Below are positions 1 through 14,618 of a stretch of DNA of 64,000 bases, one piece after another. Origin of the DNA: Camelus dromedarius (Eukaryota); NCBI RefSeq assembly GCF_036321535.1, contig NC_087437.1, positions 75,456,001 to 75,520,000 on the forward strand, written 5' to 3'. Below the pieces are notes generated by a model. It saw only the letters and a list, made by a program, of their open reading frames with translations. It made no database searches and was not told the DNA's origin. The stretch's first letter is position 1; the number at the start of each line of letters is the position of its first letter. The translations under genes were made by a program, and so were the position numbers.

Positions 1-107
1 GAAAGAATATGGAGCAGACAATTAAAGATCTACAAGAAAGGCTGGCTAATGCTGAACAGACTGCCCTGATGGGGAACAGGAAGCAAATCCAGAAACTAGA
101 ATCCAGG
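1..107 (+). CDS. MYH15: MYH15 coding exon (5'-partial), myosin tail coiled coil ...[35 protein letters not shown]
   Basis: Translation matches the sarcomeric myosin LMM motif ([11 protein letters not shown]...KQIQKLE.R); phase-0 donor GTAGGA at 108. Confidence 0.92.
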
Positions 108-1914
108 GTAGGAGTTGGCCTGTGTAATTGTGGGGTCTTGACAACTTCCAATCTGAAGTCAGATTGTCCCAGAATATTGCACCAGAGAGTCCCTGCCTCC
201 CTCATCACTTCTGCTTGTAGCATTTTCAGATCTTTGACAGGGTCAGATCTCAGTATATTCATTTATTCTTCTTGACTTTGGGCCACCAAATAGGACTTTT
301 CTTGGACTGGATGAAATCCACCTTCCTGCTAAGTTAGAACGCATCTCCTCCCCTCACCCACACCAGCGCTAGGCTCCCCATAGCCAGAGTGACCCCCTGT
401 TTCCAAACACACCCTCACAATCTTGCTTTTTGTGACTTTGCTCCCATTACTTCCTCTGTGGGGAACGCCCATCTCCTAACAGCCAGAGAAACTGGAGGGA
501 AACGACTCAATGAAGGATCAAAAAGACTTAGTGAAGATATGGTAAGGACTGACAGAAATGATGTAGTACCTGCCTTTAGGGAGCTTAAAAACAAATAAGA
601 GACCTATCTTGAGAATAGAATTTTAAAAATGATTTAATCAGTTTCAATATCAATGTGCAGGTCACATGACAGAGGCTGTAAGGATGGAAAGAATATTTGA
701 CTGGGATTTCACGGCACAGAAGGGCCTCTGAAAAAGAAAGTATTGCCTTTGCACATTTATGGAGTATCCATATAATAGAATGCCAATGCATATTTATGGT
801 ACAGTCATATAATCAGGCTGATTAGTAAGGATGAGGAAGAGCTCTGTAATGTTCAGGGGGCCATGACTAGCTGTATGATGATAAAAAGTGCAGGCAGTAT
901 GGAGAGTGTACAACCTTCTGTGCAGAAGAGGAGAACTATAAAGACATGTACACATTTGCTTATATTTCCAAAAAAGAAATGGTGACAGGATAAAACAAAG
1001 ACTCATAAAAACAGCTACCCACAGGAGGGGAACACAGATGAAAGGCCTTCTGAATGCACCTTATTTAGCTGTTTTGATTGCAAAATCACATGAAACACTT
1101 ACATGCTTCATAATTGTTAAAAAAAAGTTTAAATCAAAGAGAAAAATACAGCCATCCCTAAAATTTTAACACTAATGGAAGCAAATGAAGCCAACTATTT
1201 ATAAAGTTGAGGAGCATAAAACATGAAGAACGATTATTCCTGGGACTTTAAAATACAGTGTTTTTGTCTGTACATCCCTCATGGAATGTATCTGAGGACA
1301 AAACAAAATAGCAAATAAAATGAACTGCGTTTGTAGTTTCAAAATAACATTATCTTATTATTGCTACTAGCAATAAAAGTAATATAATTATTTATCCAAC
1401 AACATATATAAGCACCAAGATTTTTAGTACAAGAGAAAAAGCATGTAGGTATAAAAACAAAGAACTTGGAATATGCCTTTTTTTCCCCCCTGAAAAATAC
1501 ATGAATTATACTGGTATTTCCATCTCAAATTTAAGACTGCAGGATTTTATTTCATTTCCAGTTGTCGTTTGTCCTAGAACTAATGATAACTCAGTAGCAG
1601 TGAGTTTTTGAATATCAGATGAGACTAAGGAAATACGGTGAATTTCTTAACAACATAATCATAATACCATTATCTATTAGAATTACATAAAGAAATATTT
1701 ACAGTGAAATTATGTGATGTCTAGGATTGGCTTTAATAAAGCAATTTTCCCCTTAGGTGTTTTAATCACTTAAAAAAGGAATAACAATGAAACAACCCCC
1801 CCCCCAAAAAAAGGTGGTATCTGTGTAGGAAAAGGACAGGAGAGAGCCAGGGACAGGACCCCTAGGGGAGGAGGGGGGCAGCCAGCACCCCTCCCCTATC
1901 AAATCCCTACCCCT

Positions 1915-2109
1915 TACCCTGGGTCCTGCTTTATTTCCCTCCACACATTTATCACCATCTCACACATTCTACATTTCATTTCGGTTTTTGTGTTTCCCTT
2001 TGTTACAATGGAGGCTTACGGTTGGAGAGGTTTTTGTTTTGTTCCTTGCTGTATCCTTGGCCCTGGTGCTTGGTGTGTAGTAGGCATCAAATATTTGCTG
2101 AATGAATGT
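1915..2109 (+). mobile_element. L2 LINE 3' end fragment
   Basis: Typical L2 tail: ttgctgtatcc...gtagtaggcatcaaatatttgctgaatgaatg. Confidence 0.65.
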
Positions 2110-2664
2110 TATGTTAACCTTGTTCGTATAACTTGATAAAGCTGCAGGCCAGCTATTAGTCTGTACTGCAGCTCTCCCTCAAAGCAAGGCTGTGGGGCTG
2201 TGGGTGACTTATGTGTGACACAGACTGAGGGTCTGATTTCTCTAGAGTCAGAGCTGAACATGGAGAAAGAAGCTTAAGATGAGGTCGTATATTGGCTAAA
2301 ACCTCCAGGAGCGCTATGTGTAGCTTTTTCTCTCTCTATGCTTCTGTACGTTCATGCATACACACGTGTGTGTGCAATTTTGTTATCTATGAGGGGAAAT
2401 TTATCACCTCTGCATGGATTAGCCTTTCACATCCTTTAGAGTCTAAACAGCCCTTTTATGAGCTCACATAGTTCAACCAGCTCACTTTTGGGAGGCAGTT
2501 TTCCCAGAGAGGTTGCCCTGTCTCACCACTGCCAGAATGAGAGTGGACACATCTGCCCTCAACGATGTCACTGTGTTTCAAAGGATCGTGCCAATTGGCA
2601 AACACCATGCTGGCACGGCTTGCTGGCTGCCTGCCTGTGGTCTGAGACCATGGTTTGCTTGCAG

Positions 2665-2769
2665 GTTCGTGAACTGGAAGGTGAACTGGAGAGCGAGGTC
2701 GGTCGCAAGGCAGAGGCCCAGAGGGGAGCCCGCAGGCTGGAGCGAAGCATCAAGGAGCTGACCTATCAG
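2665..2769 (+). CDS. MYH15: MYH15 coding exon, VRELEGELESEVGRKAEAQRGARRLERSIKELTYQ
   Basis: ttgcttgcAG acceptor, GTACTC donor, 105 nt phase 0/0; conserved myosin VRELE..LE.E and ER.IKELTYQ motifs. Confidence 0.93.
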
Positions 2770-4934
2770 GTACTCTGGGAAACCACTCCCTATTTGCCTG
2801 GCTGGGCTCCACCCTGGGCAAATGTGCTCCTTTAAGCGCCAGTTGGCCCCCAAGATCTCAGGTGGTTCTCTCTCCATCCTTGCTCTCCCTCAGCGGGAGA
2901 CAGGACTGGCCCTCCAGGGCTCCTGTGCTATTACTGGTTTGGGTTGGTCCCTTTCAGAGCTCTCCGGAAGCAAAATGTGAGTGGCAAGTTGCAATTAGCA
3001 GCAGAAAGCTATTTATACTGCCTTGTTTTTTCACACATAATGTCTGCAGCGCTTTCGGAAAGATGCCTTCCTGTGAGAGGCTGAGTGAGAACAATGTGTA
3101 AATGAAGTGACTGGCAGAGACCAGGGTGGCGACTCAGCCAGCAGGCTACAAGGGACGCTGGCTAAACTGGAGCAGGGGGCCCATTCCATTTCTGTTTTCT
3201 AGTCACACAGACACTGCAGGCCGCCGAGGACTCTATCTGGGGCTGGTGCCAGGTGGAAACAGCAAATACTGAGAGGTCTCTGCAGCTCTCTGACTGTTTT
3301 CCTGCAGTCTAGCAGTGGTCTAAGCAAGTAATTGAAAAGAGGTGGGCAGACTTCTTATCAGTAACTAATGCATTTCCCGAGTAGCAATGTACTCCCTCAC
3401 TTCTGTTTTCATTTTCTAACCTTTCTTCCATTTTTTTCAAATGGAGATCAGAGATTCCATGATAGCAGAGGCACGGTCTCGCTCACCGCTCTGGGTCCCG
3501 GCACTTCCCTGCAGAGTAGGAGCACATATTTCAGTTGTTGAACACAAATGCCAGAGGTCACTTTCTCCGCTGCACAGTACAGCTTGTTCCACTGAAAAGG
3601 CAAACTCATCCTAGGCGCCTATCTCATGGCAACTCGGACGGCCTCACGCAGGATCTGCAGTCCTGATGCTGGTCCCTGAGGCTGAGCTGGTGTCAGAGAC
3701 ATCAAAGTCTTCCTCCCTTGTGGTAGGATGGATAGCACTGATGAGAAAGCAGAGTGCTTCAGCAGCATCATCTTGGGCTAATTAAGATGAAATGAGCTAT
3801 TTGCTAGTTCTTCTCTGCTGAATAAGTGGTTCTTTTCTAAGATGAGTTAGTCTGACACTTCTTTAGACATGCTAGGGATTATTATCAGAGCTACTCGGGG
3901 ATGCGCCCGTGGTGTGAGTGGCTGAGGGAGCAGACACCTGGGGAACGTGAAAGATGTGCTGTTCTACTCCTTTTCTGAGTGAGGATAAGAAAACATGAGG
4001 AAGTGAAGTGCCGCTTGTTCGTTATGCTTTTCTTTTTATTTTCTTACGGATTATTCTTACTGGTTTCTTCTGTAAACAGGTTTATTATACAATAATACAC
4101 CAAAGCTATATTTTCTTTGGTTTTCATTGTCCCAAGGGATACAATCTCATTCTATTGTGCTTTTATCTTTGTTTCTTCGTAGCAATAATCTTAGTGTTCC
4201 CCGTGTACTCATATGAAGGTGTATTTCTTAATTTCTTCCAAGTGTCTGCACAATGCTTAGAGTTTATCTATTCAGTAATGCAATGATGTTTCTGCCATCA
4301 AATCAAATAAAACCTACTGAGTACCTTTTTATGCAAGATATTAGGCCAGACCCTGTAAGTTTAAAGAGACATTAGAGAGCCCTCCACATTCCTTGAAATC
4401 AATACCTGTTTTGAAATATTCAAGGTAGATGTTGAATCAATTCAATCTGTTCTTCTTTAACATCAAAATGACCATCAGGACAATGAGGCAGGGTGTTTTG
4501 TGGCAGTACATCATAGATGCCTTTATAAAATTTCATTTTGAAAGGGACATGAATATGGTTTTCCTGGGAAAAATCTGAGAAGATGATATTACACTGAAAA
4601 GGAATCAAGTGTGACCCCATCCACAGTAGTTCTATGGCCAGTCCCCACTGAGCATTAATCTTCCCCGGTATGTCCCTCTAGCATTTGGAAATTCATCCTA
4701 TTTCTCTTTCTAGTGTCTCAAAAAATATGCTATAAAACAGGACATAGATTAGGAACCTGTATTTGTTACAGAAGGTGAAGTCAGTTTTCTGCCTCCCACT
4801 CTCCATCCACCTGTTCCATTTTACTTTTGCCTGCTTCCTAAATTCCGGGATCTGTGTGTAGCTGTTATTTAATCCTTCCAAATCTAAGTATGAATGTAGT
4901 ATCTTCATTTCTAGGGATGAGAAAACAAAATTTG

Positions 4935-5410
4935 GTCTTCGGTGGGTTCTCCAGGAACCAGATGCTAGGATGGAGTAAGAAGTACAAGAGACTTATGGGC
5001 GGTAACACCTGGGAAAGATAAAGGGGAGAGAAGCAGGATGAGGCAGAGAAGGCTTTCAGACCACAGTGTGAGTCGGGTGAGTCTGACGCCTGTGAAAGGG
5101 AAGGGTGAAGGAAGAAGCCTCAGGTTGCCGTGCAGCTCTGACCAAGTCTCCAGCACAAAGACTGCCTCAAAGAAGTCCCACATTGGGCAGAAAAGGCCAG
5201 ACCCTGGTAACTCTGCTGTGCCCAGCTGTTGGCTGGGGGTTGCCTGGGGAGTGTGTGATCTCAGTGTAAATGCCACTGCAGATCCGAAAGGCACCACATT
5301 TGGAGGTTTTTCGGGTACCTGCATTCCTCACAGCTGAATGGCAAGTTCATTTCTTGAAGGGAAATTGTGCTGCCACGCACAACTATAGCAACCACAGTTA
5401 CTCAGGTGTG
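4935..5410 (-). mobile_element. Ancient ERVL-type LTR (LTR16/LTR33-like), approximate ends
   Basis: gggttctccaggaaccagatgctaggatggag... resembles the reverse-complement end of ERVL LTR16-class elements. Confidence 0.5.
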
Positions 5411-6401
5411 AGCCGAAGCCCAGTAAAGGCTTTGCCTCCCACGTGGGAGGAACATCATTGACATGAGCAGCTACTCCTAGTCTTTTTCAGTTTTCTCCTC
5501 TGTGGCCGCCTTTACCACACAGAAAATTCACTCACCTCAGTAAATTGGTTTTAAGCAATTTAACCTCTGTTGGTTTTAGAAACCCCTATAAACACATAAT
5601 TTCTGTGAATCTCCAAATTTCTGAAAATTTCAAATTTCTATGAATCTTCAGATTTCTTAAAAAGAGATAGTGGGATAGGAAGATGAAAACAATGGGGGGT
5701 TTTATTTATAAAATAGACTTGTCTCATTTCCCTAATCAGGCTATGCCTTATATATTGGTCCTCACCTTAGGAAGCTTAAAATTAGTAATTAATTCTCTAC
5801 TGTCAGATTGTACTGTAAGGTGGAGCTGGGGGAGGGGTGCTCTAGACAATAGGGAAAGTTTGGTTAAACCAACCTTTCCTCCCTCCCTCCCTTCCTTTAT
5901 GTTAATGTATAATTAGCATATAATGATGTATTAGTTTGGAGTGTACAGCATAATGATTTGATGTATGTTTACCCTGCGAAATGATTATCACAAGTCTAGT
6001 TAACACCCATCACCACACACAGTTGCAGTTCTTTTTTTCTTGTGATGAGAACTCTTAAGATTTACTCTCCTAGCAACTTTCAGTGTACAATACAGTATCG
6101 TTAACCATAGTCACCATGCTTTGCATTACATTCCCAGAACTTATTCATCCTGTGACTAGAAGTTTGTACCTTTTGATTGCAATAACCCATTTCTCCCACC
6201 CTCGCCCAACCCCCTACCTCTAGCAACCACCAGTCAGTTCTGTTTCTCTGAGTTAATTTTTTTTAGATTTCACAAATAGATGAGCTCCTATATTATTTGT
6301 CTTTCTCTAACTGACTTATCTCACCAATTATAATGCTCTCAAGGTCCATCCATGTTGTTGAAAATGGCAAGGTTTCCTTATTTTTGATGGCTGAGTAATA
6401 T

Positions 6402-6403
<2 letters not shown>

Positions 6404-6439
<36 letters not shown>
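6404..6439. repeat. (GT)18 microsatellite
   Basis: Directly visible, inside the L1 3' region. Confidence 0.95.
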
Positions 6440-6442
<3 letters not shown>

Positions 6443-9400
6443 CACCACATCTTCTTTATCCATTCATCTGTTGTTGGACACTTTGATTGCTTCCATATCT
6501 TTGCCATTGTAAATAATGCTGCCGTGAATATGGGGGTGAAGATATCTTTCTGAGATAGTGATTTCATTTCCTGCAGATAAATACCCAGAAGAGGAATTGC
6601 TGGATCATATGGTAGTTCTATCTTTAATTTTTTGAGGAAACTTCCTACTGCTCTCCATAGTGGCTACACTAATTTACATTCCTGCCAAGAGTGTACAAGG
6701 ACTCTCCTTCCTTCACATTCTTGCCAACACTTGTTATTTCTTATCTTTTTGATAATAGTTCATTCTAACTGGTGTGAGATGCTATCTCGTTGTGGTTTTG
6801 ATTTGCATTTCCCTGATGATTAGTGATGTTGAGTACCTTTTCATGTACCTGTTGGCCTTTTGTATGTCTTCTTTGGAAAACTGTCTATTCAGATCTTCTA
6901 CTCATTTTTAATCAGATTTAAAAAAATTTTTTGCTATCCAGTTGTATAAGTTCTTAATGTATTTTAAATATTAACCCTTTATCAGATACATGATGTGAAA
7001 CTATTTTCTCCCATTCCACAGGTTGCCTTTTCATTCTGTTGATGGTTTCCTTTGCTATATAGAAGTTTTAAAGTTTGATGTAGTCTCACTTATTTATTTT
7101 TGCTTCTGTTGCCTTTGCTTTTGGTATCAAATTTTAAAAAAAATCATTGTCCAGGCCTGTGTCATGGAGCTTACCCACCTATGTTGGCTTCTAGGAGTCT
7201 TATGGTTTCAGGTCTTAGATTGAAGTTTTTAACCTATTTGGAGTTAATTTTTATGTATGGTGTAAGATAGTGGTCAAGTTTCTTTCTTTTGCATGTGACT
7301 GTCCAATTTTCCCAGCACTATTTATTGAAGAGGCTATCTTCTCCTCATTATATATTTTTGGATCCTCTGAGATAAATTAATTGGCCTTGTATATATGAGT
7401 TTATTTCTGGGCTTTCTATTCTGTTCAGTTGATCTGTGTGTCTTTTTTTACTCCAATACCATACTGTTTTGATTACTACACCTTTGTAATATGTTTGAAA
7501 TCAGAAAGCATGATACCTTTGGCTTTTTTCTTCTTTCTCAAGATTGCTTTGGCTATTTTGGGTCTTTTGTGTTTCCATTCTATTTCTGTGAAAAATGCCA
7601 TTGGAATTATGATAGTTATTGCATTGACTTTGTAGATTATTTTGGGTAATATGGATATTTTAACATTAATTCCTCCAAGCAGGGAATATCTTTCCATTTA
7701 TTTGTGTCTTCTTCAATTTCTTTCATCAGTGTCTTATAGTTTTTGGTGTACAAGTCTTTCACCCCACCTTGGTTAAAGTTATTTGTAAGTGTTTTATTCT
7801 TTTTGATGCAGTTCTAAATAGGATTGTTTTCTTAATTTCTCCTTCTGATAATTCATATTTGTGTACAGAAACACAACTGATTTTTGTATGATTTTTTATC
7901 CTGCAAACTTACTGAATTCATTTATTAGTTCCAACAGTTTTTATTGATATCTTTAGGGTTTTCTATATATAATATCATGTCATCTGTAAACGGAGACAGT
8001 TTTGCTTCTTTCTTTCCAATATGGATGCTTTTTATCTCTTTTACTTTCCTAATTGCTCTGCCTGGGACTTCCAGTACTACTTTGAATAAAAACAGCAAGA
8101 ATGAGTATCTTTGTCTTGTTCCTGATCTTAAAGGGAAAGCTTTCAGTTTTTCTTCACTGAGTATTGTGTTAGTCGTGAGTTTGTCATATATGACCTTTAT
8201 TAGGTTGAGGTATGTTCCCTCTATATCCACTGTTTAGAGGTTTTATCATAAATAAATGTTAAACTTTGTAAAACTTTTTTCTTACATTTTTGAGATGATC
8301 TTATGACTTTTACCATTCATTTTGTTAATGTGGTATATCACACTGATTATATTTGCAGATGTTGAACAATCCTTGCATGCCTGAAATAAATCTTACTTGA
8401 TCGTGGTGTATGATTCTTTTAATGTACTGCTGAATTCAGTTTGCTAATTTTTTTGAGGATTTTTTGGGTTCTATGTTCATCAAGGATATTGGTCTGTAGT
8501 TTTCTTTTTTTGTGATGTCCTTCTCCAGGTTTGGTATCATGGTAATGCTGGGCTCATAAAATGAGTTTGGAAGTGTTACCTCCTTTTCTGTTTTTTGGTA
8601 GAGTTTGGAAAGTATTGGTATTCTTTAAATGTTTTATAGAATTCAGTAGTGAAGGTATCTGGTCCCGGACTTTGATTTTTGATGACTTTTGGTCCTGGTA
8701 TTTGATTACTGATTTAATCTCCTTACTGGTAATCAGTCTGCTCAGATTTTCTATCTCTTCATGATTCAATTATGGTCAGTTGTATGTTCTAGGAATTTAT
8801 CCATTTCTTCTAGGTTGTCCAATTTTTTGGTGCATATTTGTTCCTTGTAGTCTCTTATGATCTTTTGTATTTCTGTGGTGTTAGTTATAATGTCTCCTCT
8901 TTCATGTCTGATGTTATTTGAATCTTCTCTCTTTTCTTCTTGGTGAGTCTAGTTAAAGTCTTAACAATTTTGTTTATCCTAAAAAAAAAAAAGCTCTTAG
9001 TTTATTTGATCTTTTCTATTATCTTTTTAGTCTCAATTTATTTCCACCCTGATCTTTATTATTTCCTTCTGTCTGTTAACTTTGGGTTTCATTTGCTCTT
9101 TTTTTTTTTTCTAGTTCCTTGAGGTGTAAAATTAAGTTGTTTGTTTGAGGTTTTTCTTGTTTCTAAATGTAGGTATTTGTTACTGTGAACCTCCTTCTTA
9201 GAACTGCTTTTGCTGCATCTCATAACTTTTCATATGTTGTATTTTCATTTTCATGTGTCTCAAGGTATTTTTTTTAATTTCTTTTTTGATTTTTTTCTTT
9301 GACCCATTGGTTGTTCAGGAGCATGTTGTTTAGTCTCCATATATTTGTGAGTTATTCACGGTTTTGGTGTTTTTTTGTTTTTTGCTTTTTTTTTTTGTAA

Positions 9401-11491
9401 TTGACTTCTAGTTTCATACTTTGTGGTCAGAAAAGATATTTGATATGGTTTCAATCCTTTTAAATTGATTAGGAATTGTTTTGTGGCCTAACATATCATG
9501 CATCCTGGAGAATGTTTCATGTGTGCTTGAGAATAATGTTTATTCTGTTTTTGAATGAAATGTTCTGCATCTGCCTGTCTGATCTAATGTGTCATTTGAG
9601 GCGAAAGTTTTTGTAATGATTTTCTATCTAATATATCTGTTGATGAAAGCAAGGTATTGAAGTTCCCTAGTATTGATTGCAGTTTCTTTCTCCCTTTAGG
9701 TCTGATAATATTTGCCTTATAGATTTAGATGCTCCTATGTTGGTGCATAAATATTTATAAATGTTGTATCGTCTTCTTAGATTGACACTTTTATCATTAT
9801 ATAATGACCCTCTTTGTCTTAAAGTCTGTTTTGTCTAAGTATAGCTACCCCACCTTTATTTTAGTTTGGGTTTGCATGTAATATCTTTTTCATTCCCTTC
9901 ACTTCTTTACTTTCAATCTGTGTGTGCCCTTACATCTGAAATGAGTCTCTTGTAGGCAGCAGATAGATGGGTCTTGTTTTGTTTTGTTTTGTTTTAATCC
10001 ATTCAGCCACTCTATGTTGAGTGGAGGATCTAGTCTATTTACATCTGAAGTAATTATTGATAGGTATGTACTTACTGACAGTTTGTTAATTGTTTTCTGG
10101 TTTGTAATTCCTCTGTTCTTTTCTTCTTCTTCTCTTCATATGTGCTTTGTTGATTTTCTGTAGTGGTATGCTAGATGCCTTTCTGTTTATGCTTTGTGTA
10201 TTCAGGGCTTTGCTTTCTGGTTACCATGAGGCTTATATAAAACAACCTATATGTGTAATAGTCTATTTTAAGTTGATGACAACTGAAGTTTTGTGCATTC
10301 TAAAGACCTACATTTTACTCTCCCCTCACATATGTTTTATGTTTTTGATGTCACAATTTACATCTTTGTATCTTGCATATTAACAAAATTTTGTAGTATA
10401 GTTATTTTTACTATTTTGGGCTCTTAACCTACCTAGTAGATTTATGTGTCTTATCCACCACCATTACAACAGATTATTCTGAATTTAACCTACATTAATC
10501 TTGATCAGTGAGACTTCTACTTTCCCATTACTTATCAGTGCTCTTTTGTTTCAGCTTAAAGTCCCTTAGACATTTTTTGTAAGGCGAGTCTAGTGGTGCT
10601 TAACTCCTTCAGCTTTTGCTTATCTGGAAAACTACTTCTCTCTCCTTCAATTCTGAAGGACAGCTTTGCTATTAGAGTATTCTCAGTTGTCAGGTCTTTT
10701 TCTTTCAGCGCTTTAAATATACTGTGCCACTTTTTTTCTGGCCTGGAAAGTTTCTGCTGAAAATACGATAACCCTATGAGGTTTCCCTTGTGTATAACGA
10801 GTTGTTTTTCTTTTGCTACTTTTAAGATTCTCTCCTTGTCTTTAACTTCTGACTATTTAATATAATGTGTCTTAGTGTGGGTCTCTTTGGGTTCATCTTA
10901 TTGGGAACTCTCTGGGCTTCCTGGATCTGGATGTGTGTCTCCCTCCCCAGGTTAAGAACGATTAATTTTTCAAATCAGTTTTCTGTCCCTTTCTTTCTCC
11001 CTTCTCCTCCTGAGAGCCCCCTATAATGCAAATGTTGGTCCACTTTATGTTGTTCTAGAAATCTCTTAGGCTATCTTTACTCATTTTCACTTTTTTTTCC
11101 TTTTTGCTACTTTTATGGGTTGAATTGCACAACCCTGTCTAGAAGTTCATCAATCCTTTCTTCTGCCTCATCCAGACTACTGTTGAACCCCTCTATTGGT
11201 TTTGTTTTTTTGTTTTTGTTTTTTTAGTTCAGTTATCCTATTCTTCATTTCTGTGATTTCTGACTGGTACTTTCTTATATTTTCTTTCTTTTTGTTGAAA
11301 TGTTCACTTTATTCATGCATTGTTCTCCTGAGCTTGGTGAGTATGTTCATTATTTTGAACTCTTTATGAGGTAAATCACTTATCTTTATCCTTTTCTGGG
11401 GTTTTATCTTGTTCCTTCATTTGAAACATATTCCTCTGTTTCTTCTGTTTCTTCTTCTCCTCCTTCTCCTTACCCTCCTCCTTCTCCTTCA

Positions 11492-11493
<2 letters not shown>

Positions 11494-11525
<32 letters not shown>
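11494..11525. repeat. T32 homopolymer preceded by a CT-rich tract
   Basis: Directly visible. Confidence 0.9.
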
Positions 11526-11530
<5 letters not shown>

Positions 11531-13449
11531 CTGTGTTGGTTTCCATGCATTAGATAAAACAACTAACTCTCCCAGCCTTGAATGAGTAATCTCATGCGGG
11601 AGATGGTCATTATTGTTCAACACTACCCTAACTCTCGGTTGTCTCTGAAACCTTTTTGATTGTCTAAGCAGCCTTCTTTGTTCTTCTGGGTCCTAGTAAT
11701 TGAGGGTGTCCAAGACCTGCCAGTGTCCCAAGGGGAGGATCTCAGTCAGTACCTAGGTGCAGGCAAATTGGAAGCTGGGTCCTCAGGCAGGAGCTTTTAA
11801 AATATGCAAATATACCTCTTTCAGAGGAAGACTGGGAGATAGGCATTTCTGTCTGTTTTCTCTCAAACCCTTGGGGTGATAGCCAGTTAAGAACTGTTTC
11901 TTTCTTTGCTACTATCCTGTTGAACTTGTGAACACAAGCCCTGCTGGCCACCAGAGAGCAGATATCAAGGGATGTGCCGTCTGGAATTAAGCCACATAAG
12001 CCAGTGCACCAGACCCGTGCACAAGCTCCTTTCTCAGAGATACTGGTGACCTGGGGTGGAGCAGATGGAGAGCATGAAGATGACACCCACTGGCTTTACC
12101 AGGCTTTCCAGTTTGCTGCTTCTGCCTGGGGAGGAGTGGGTAGTAGCCAGTTAAAAACTCTTTGGTGCAGTCTTGTAGGACCTATGAAATTAAGTCCAGC
12201 TGGCCACCAGAGCCAAGTCTTCAAAGCGTATCCCCTTGGTGGGAGCCACAAAAACTGGGACACCAAACATTCCTTTCCAAAAGATACCAGGAACTGGAAG
12301 TGAGGCAGAGGGAGAGTGTGAAGATGGTGCCCACCAACCTCCCTGGTTACTAGAAAGTATTGTAGTCGGCCCCTTGCTGCTTGATGTGTGTTAAATTAGA
12401 AGCCTGCCCCTAGGGCCACAGCTACTAAGATGAGCAAATAGGCCTCTTTCAAGGAAACACTGGGCATTTCTGTCTGCTGCCTCTGTGCTGTGTCCTGGGG
12501 GATATTGGTTAAAACCTACTAAGGAGGAAACAAGCAGAAGTGTGGGGAAATGGGAGATGAGGCTGGCTGGAGTGGAGATGGTTTGTGGAGGGCAGTGGAA
12601 CGTAAGTGGAGAAACCATGAAAGCCACCAGAAATGTTGATACTTGATGGAATAGGTAAGATGGAATCAGGAAAAAAAAATTTTTGAGCAGCAAGGCTTTG
12701 TCTTAGTTAAATCATTATCTCGACCATCAGCCAGTTAAGATACTTTCTTCTTCAGGGAAGTTCAGCAGCTCCGAAGTGGAGATACTCTAGTTAAATGGGT
12801 GTGGGAAAGGGGGTGGTGACGTGCAGAGCCTTTTTACATGTCTGTCTCCCTCCTCCTTTCCCCTCAGAATACCCAGAGCTGTACAGAGCACAGCTGAGAA
12901 ACACTTTCTCACTAGGTTTCCTTTCTCCAGCCTAAGCCTGGATTGCAATGGAAGCAATGAGAACACACACAGCAAGGGTCCCCACAGCTTATGGAATTTC
13001 CCTCACATCTCTGCTGATGCCCACACCAGAATTCCAAAAAACTTAACCTTTCCTATAGTTCCATTACCTAAAGCCAAGGGTCAACTAGAAAGTTCAAGGG
13101 AAAAATTGGTTTGATTGATGGTGCGAGGGTGGGGAGTGGTGCTGAGAAGCCACAGGCAGCTGTGGCTTGGTTGGGATGGGAGGGCTGAAGACTGAATTGA
13201 AACTAGTCCATTTTAGCCAAGACTGGGAGTTCTGTGGTGGATCAGGAGAAATGAGGGCCATTGCTCTGAGCTGTGTTTAATATTAATCTCTTAGAACTCG
13301 GGATGAGTAGAGAAACCTGGTTTTCAAATCATAACTCTAATATGTGTTTAATAAAGTTTCCTTACCCTCATATCCTCATGTGAGGCTACTCCCAGTGCAG
13401 ACCGCTGCATCCTTCAAATTACCTTCACATACGTACCTATGCATTGCAG

Positions 13450-13545
13450 GCAGAGGAAGATAAGAAAAAGATGAGCAGGATGCAGACACAGATGGATAAT
13501 CTTCAGCTAAAAGTACAAAGTTATAAACAGCAAATCGAGGCAGTG
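13450..13545 (+). CDS. MYH15: MYH15 coding exon, AEEDKKKMSRMQTQMDNLQLKVQSYKQQIEAV (absent from ORF track)
   Basis: ttgcAG acceptor, GTAAGT donor, 96 nt phase 0/0; myosin EEDKK...LQLKV.SYK motif. Confidence 0.92.
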
Positions 13546-14483
13546 GTAAGTACCTGGGGCAGTTGCAGCCTCGTGCATTTCCTAGCCATTTGTTTTTGAT
13601 TAATGGAAATATGTGGCCCTGAGCTAGATGAGCAGCTTGTCAGGGAAGACCAGCTCAGCTTAAAGTCTGCTCATTCTCTGGTTTTTCTCAAGCTATAATT
13701 ATCAACCATGGTAAAAATGCATGCACTTTTTCCCTCCAGGGAGCCAGAGCTCTCTTCTTTAACCTTGTGGTTACACCCAAACATGTGTATTGCAAGAAAT
13801 GAGCCAAATAAGAGACAGATATCTTGCAGGGATGCCAAATTTTTGGTTGGGTGGTCACCCTGAGGCTTTCCTCACCCTACAACCTTGGGTGAGCATAAGT
13901 GCAATTCACAGTCCTCTTCCTGATGAGCCTGGACTTGACTGTGGACAAACCCACCATCACATGAAATGCAGGTGCCAACCCTGGGTTAGCATCTGTAGTT
14001 ATGTGGACTGCAACTGATAAGTGCCATATATATTAGCTTTAGCTTATGCCTAATAATAATATATCTTGAAGAGTTTTGAATTGATTGTTTAAATGATTTG
14101 GGCTAAAATACTATGTCTAATAATTACCTGTTGATCCTTATAATTGTGAAGACAAGCCCCCTCTACCCAGTAGTTAAGCTGATTAACCACAGTTGTTTGT
14201 TTTGTAATGTATCACATAGCAAATCTGTGAAAGCTGGACTACATGCACTTGGTGGAAAGTGCCAACCACATTCTAAATTTCCAGGGAACAGTTATAAAAT
14301 AGACCTGGTACCTGTTAGGAAGGCCGAATCCATATATATCATACTAAAATATGATATTCCATTCAATAGTCAGAAGCTTAAATCCCTTTCACACAGTTTT
14401 CAACTTTCTCATGTCAGAGCAGGAAAAAAATATGACTATGTAGGCTCAAGGGTTTCTCTTTTTTTCATTTTTTATTTTTATAG

Positions 14484-14618
14484 GAAGCAGAAGCCAGTCA
14501 ATACCATTCCAAGTACAAGAAGCAGCAACATGAGTTGAATGAAGCTAAGGAAAGGGCAGAGATAGCCGAATCTCAAGTTAATAAACTCAAGCTTAAAGCA
14601 AAAGAGTTTGGGAAAAAG
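14484..14618 (+). CDS. MYH15: MYH15 coding exon, [45 protein letters not shown]
   Basis: Long T tract plus tAG acceptor, GTATGT donor, 135 nt; canonical [18 protein letters not shown] myosin end motif. Confidence 0.93.

Larger units (their letters stand above)
5893..12500 (-). mobile_element. Near full-length degraded L1 in MYH15 intron (antisense)
   Basis: 3'UTR at the left, multiple frameshifted ORF2 pieces ([13 protein letters not shown]...[36 protein letters not shown]), ORF1-like region about 10500-11400, 5'UTR-like region to about 12500. Confidence 0.9.

Noticed and set aside
14113..14538. 141-aa ORF overlapping a MYH15 exon in another frame
   Set aside because: Low-information intronic ORF with no homology cues; the true exon frame is defined by splice sites.
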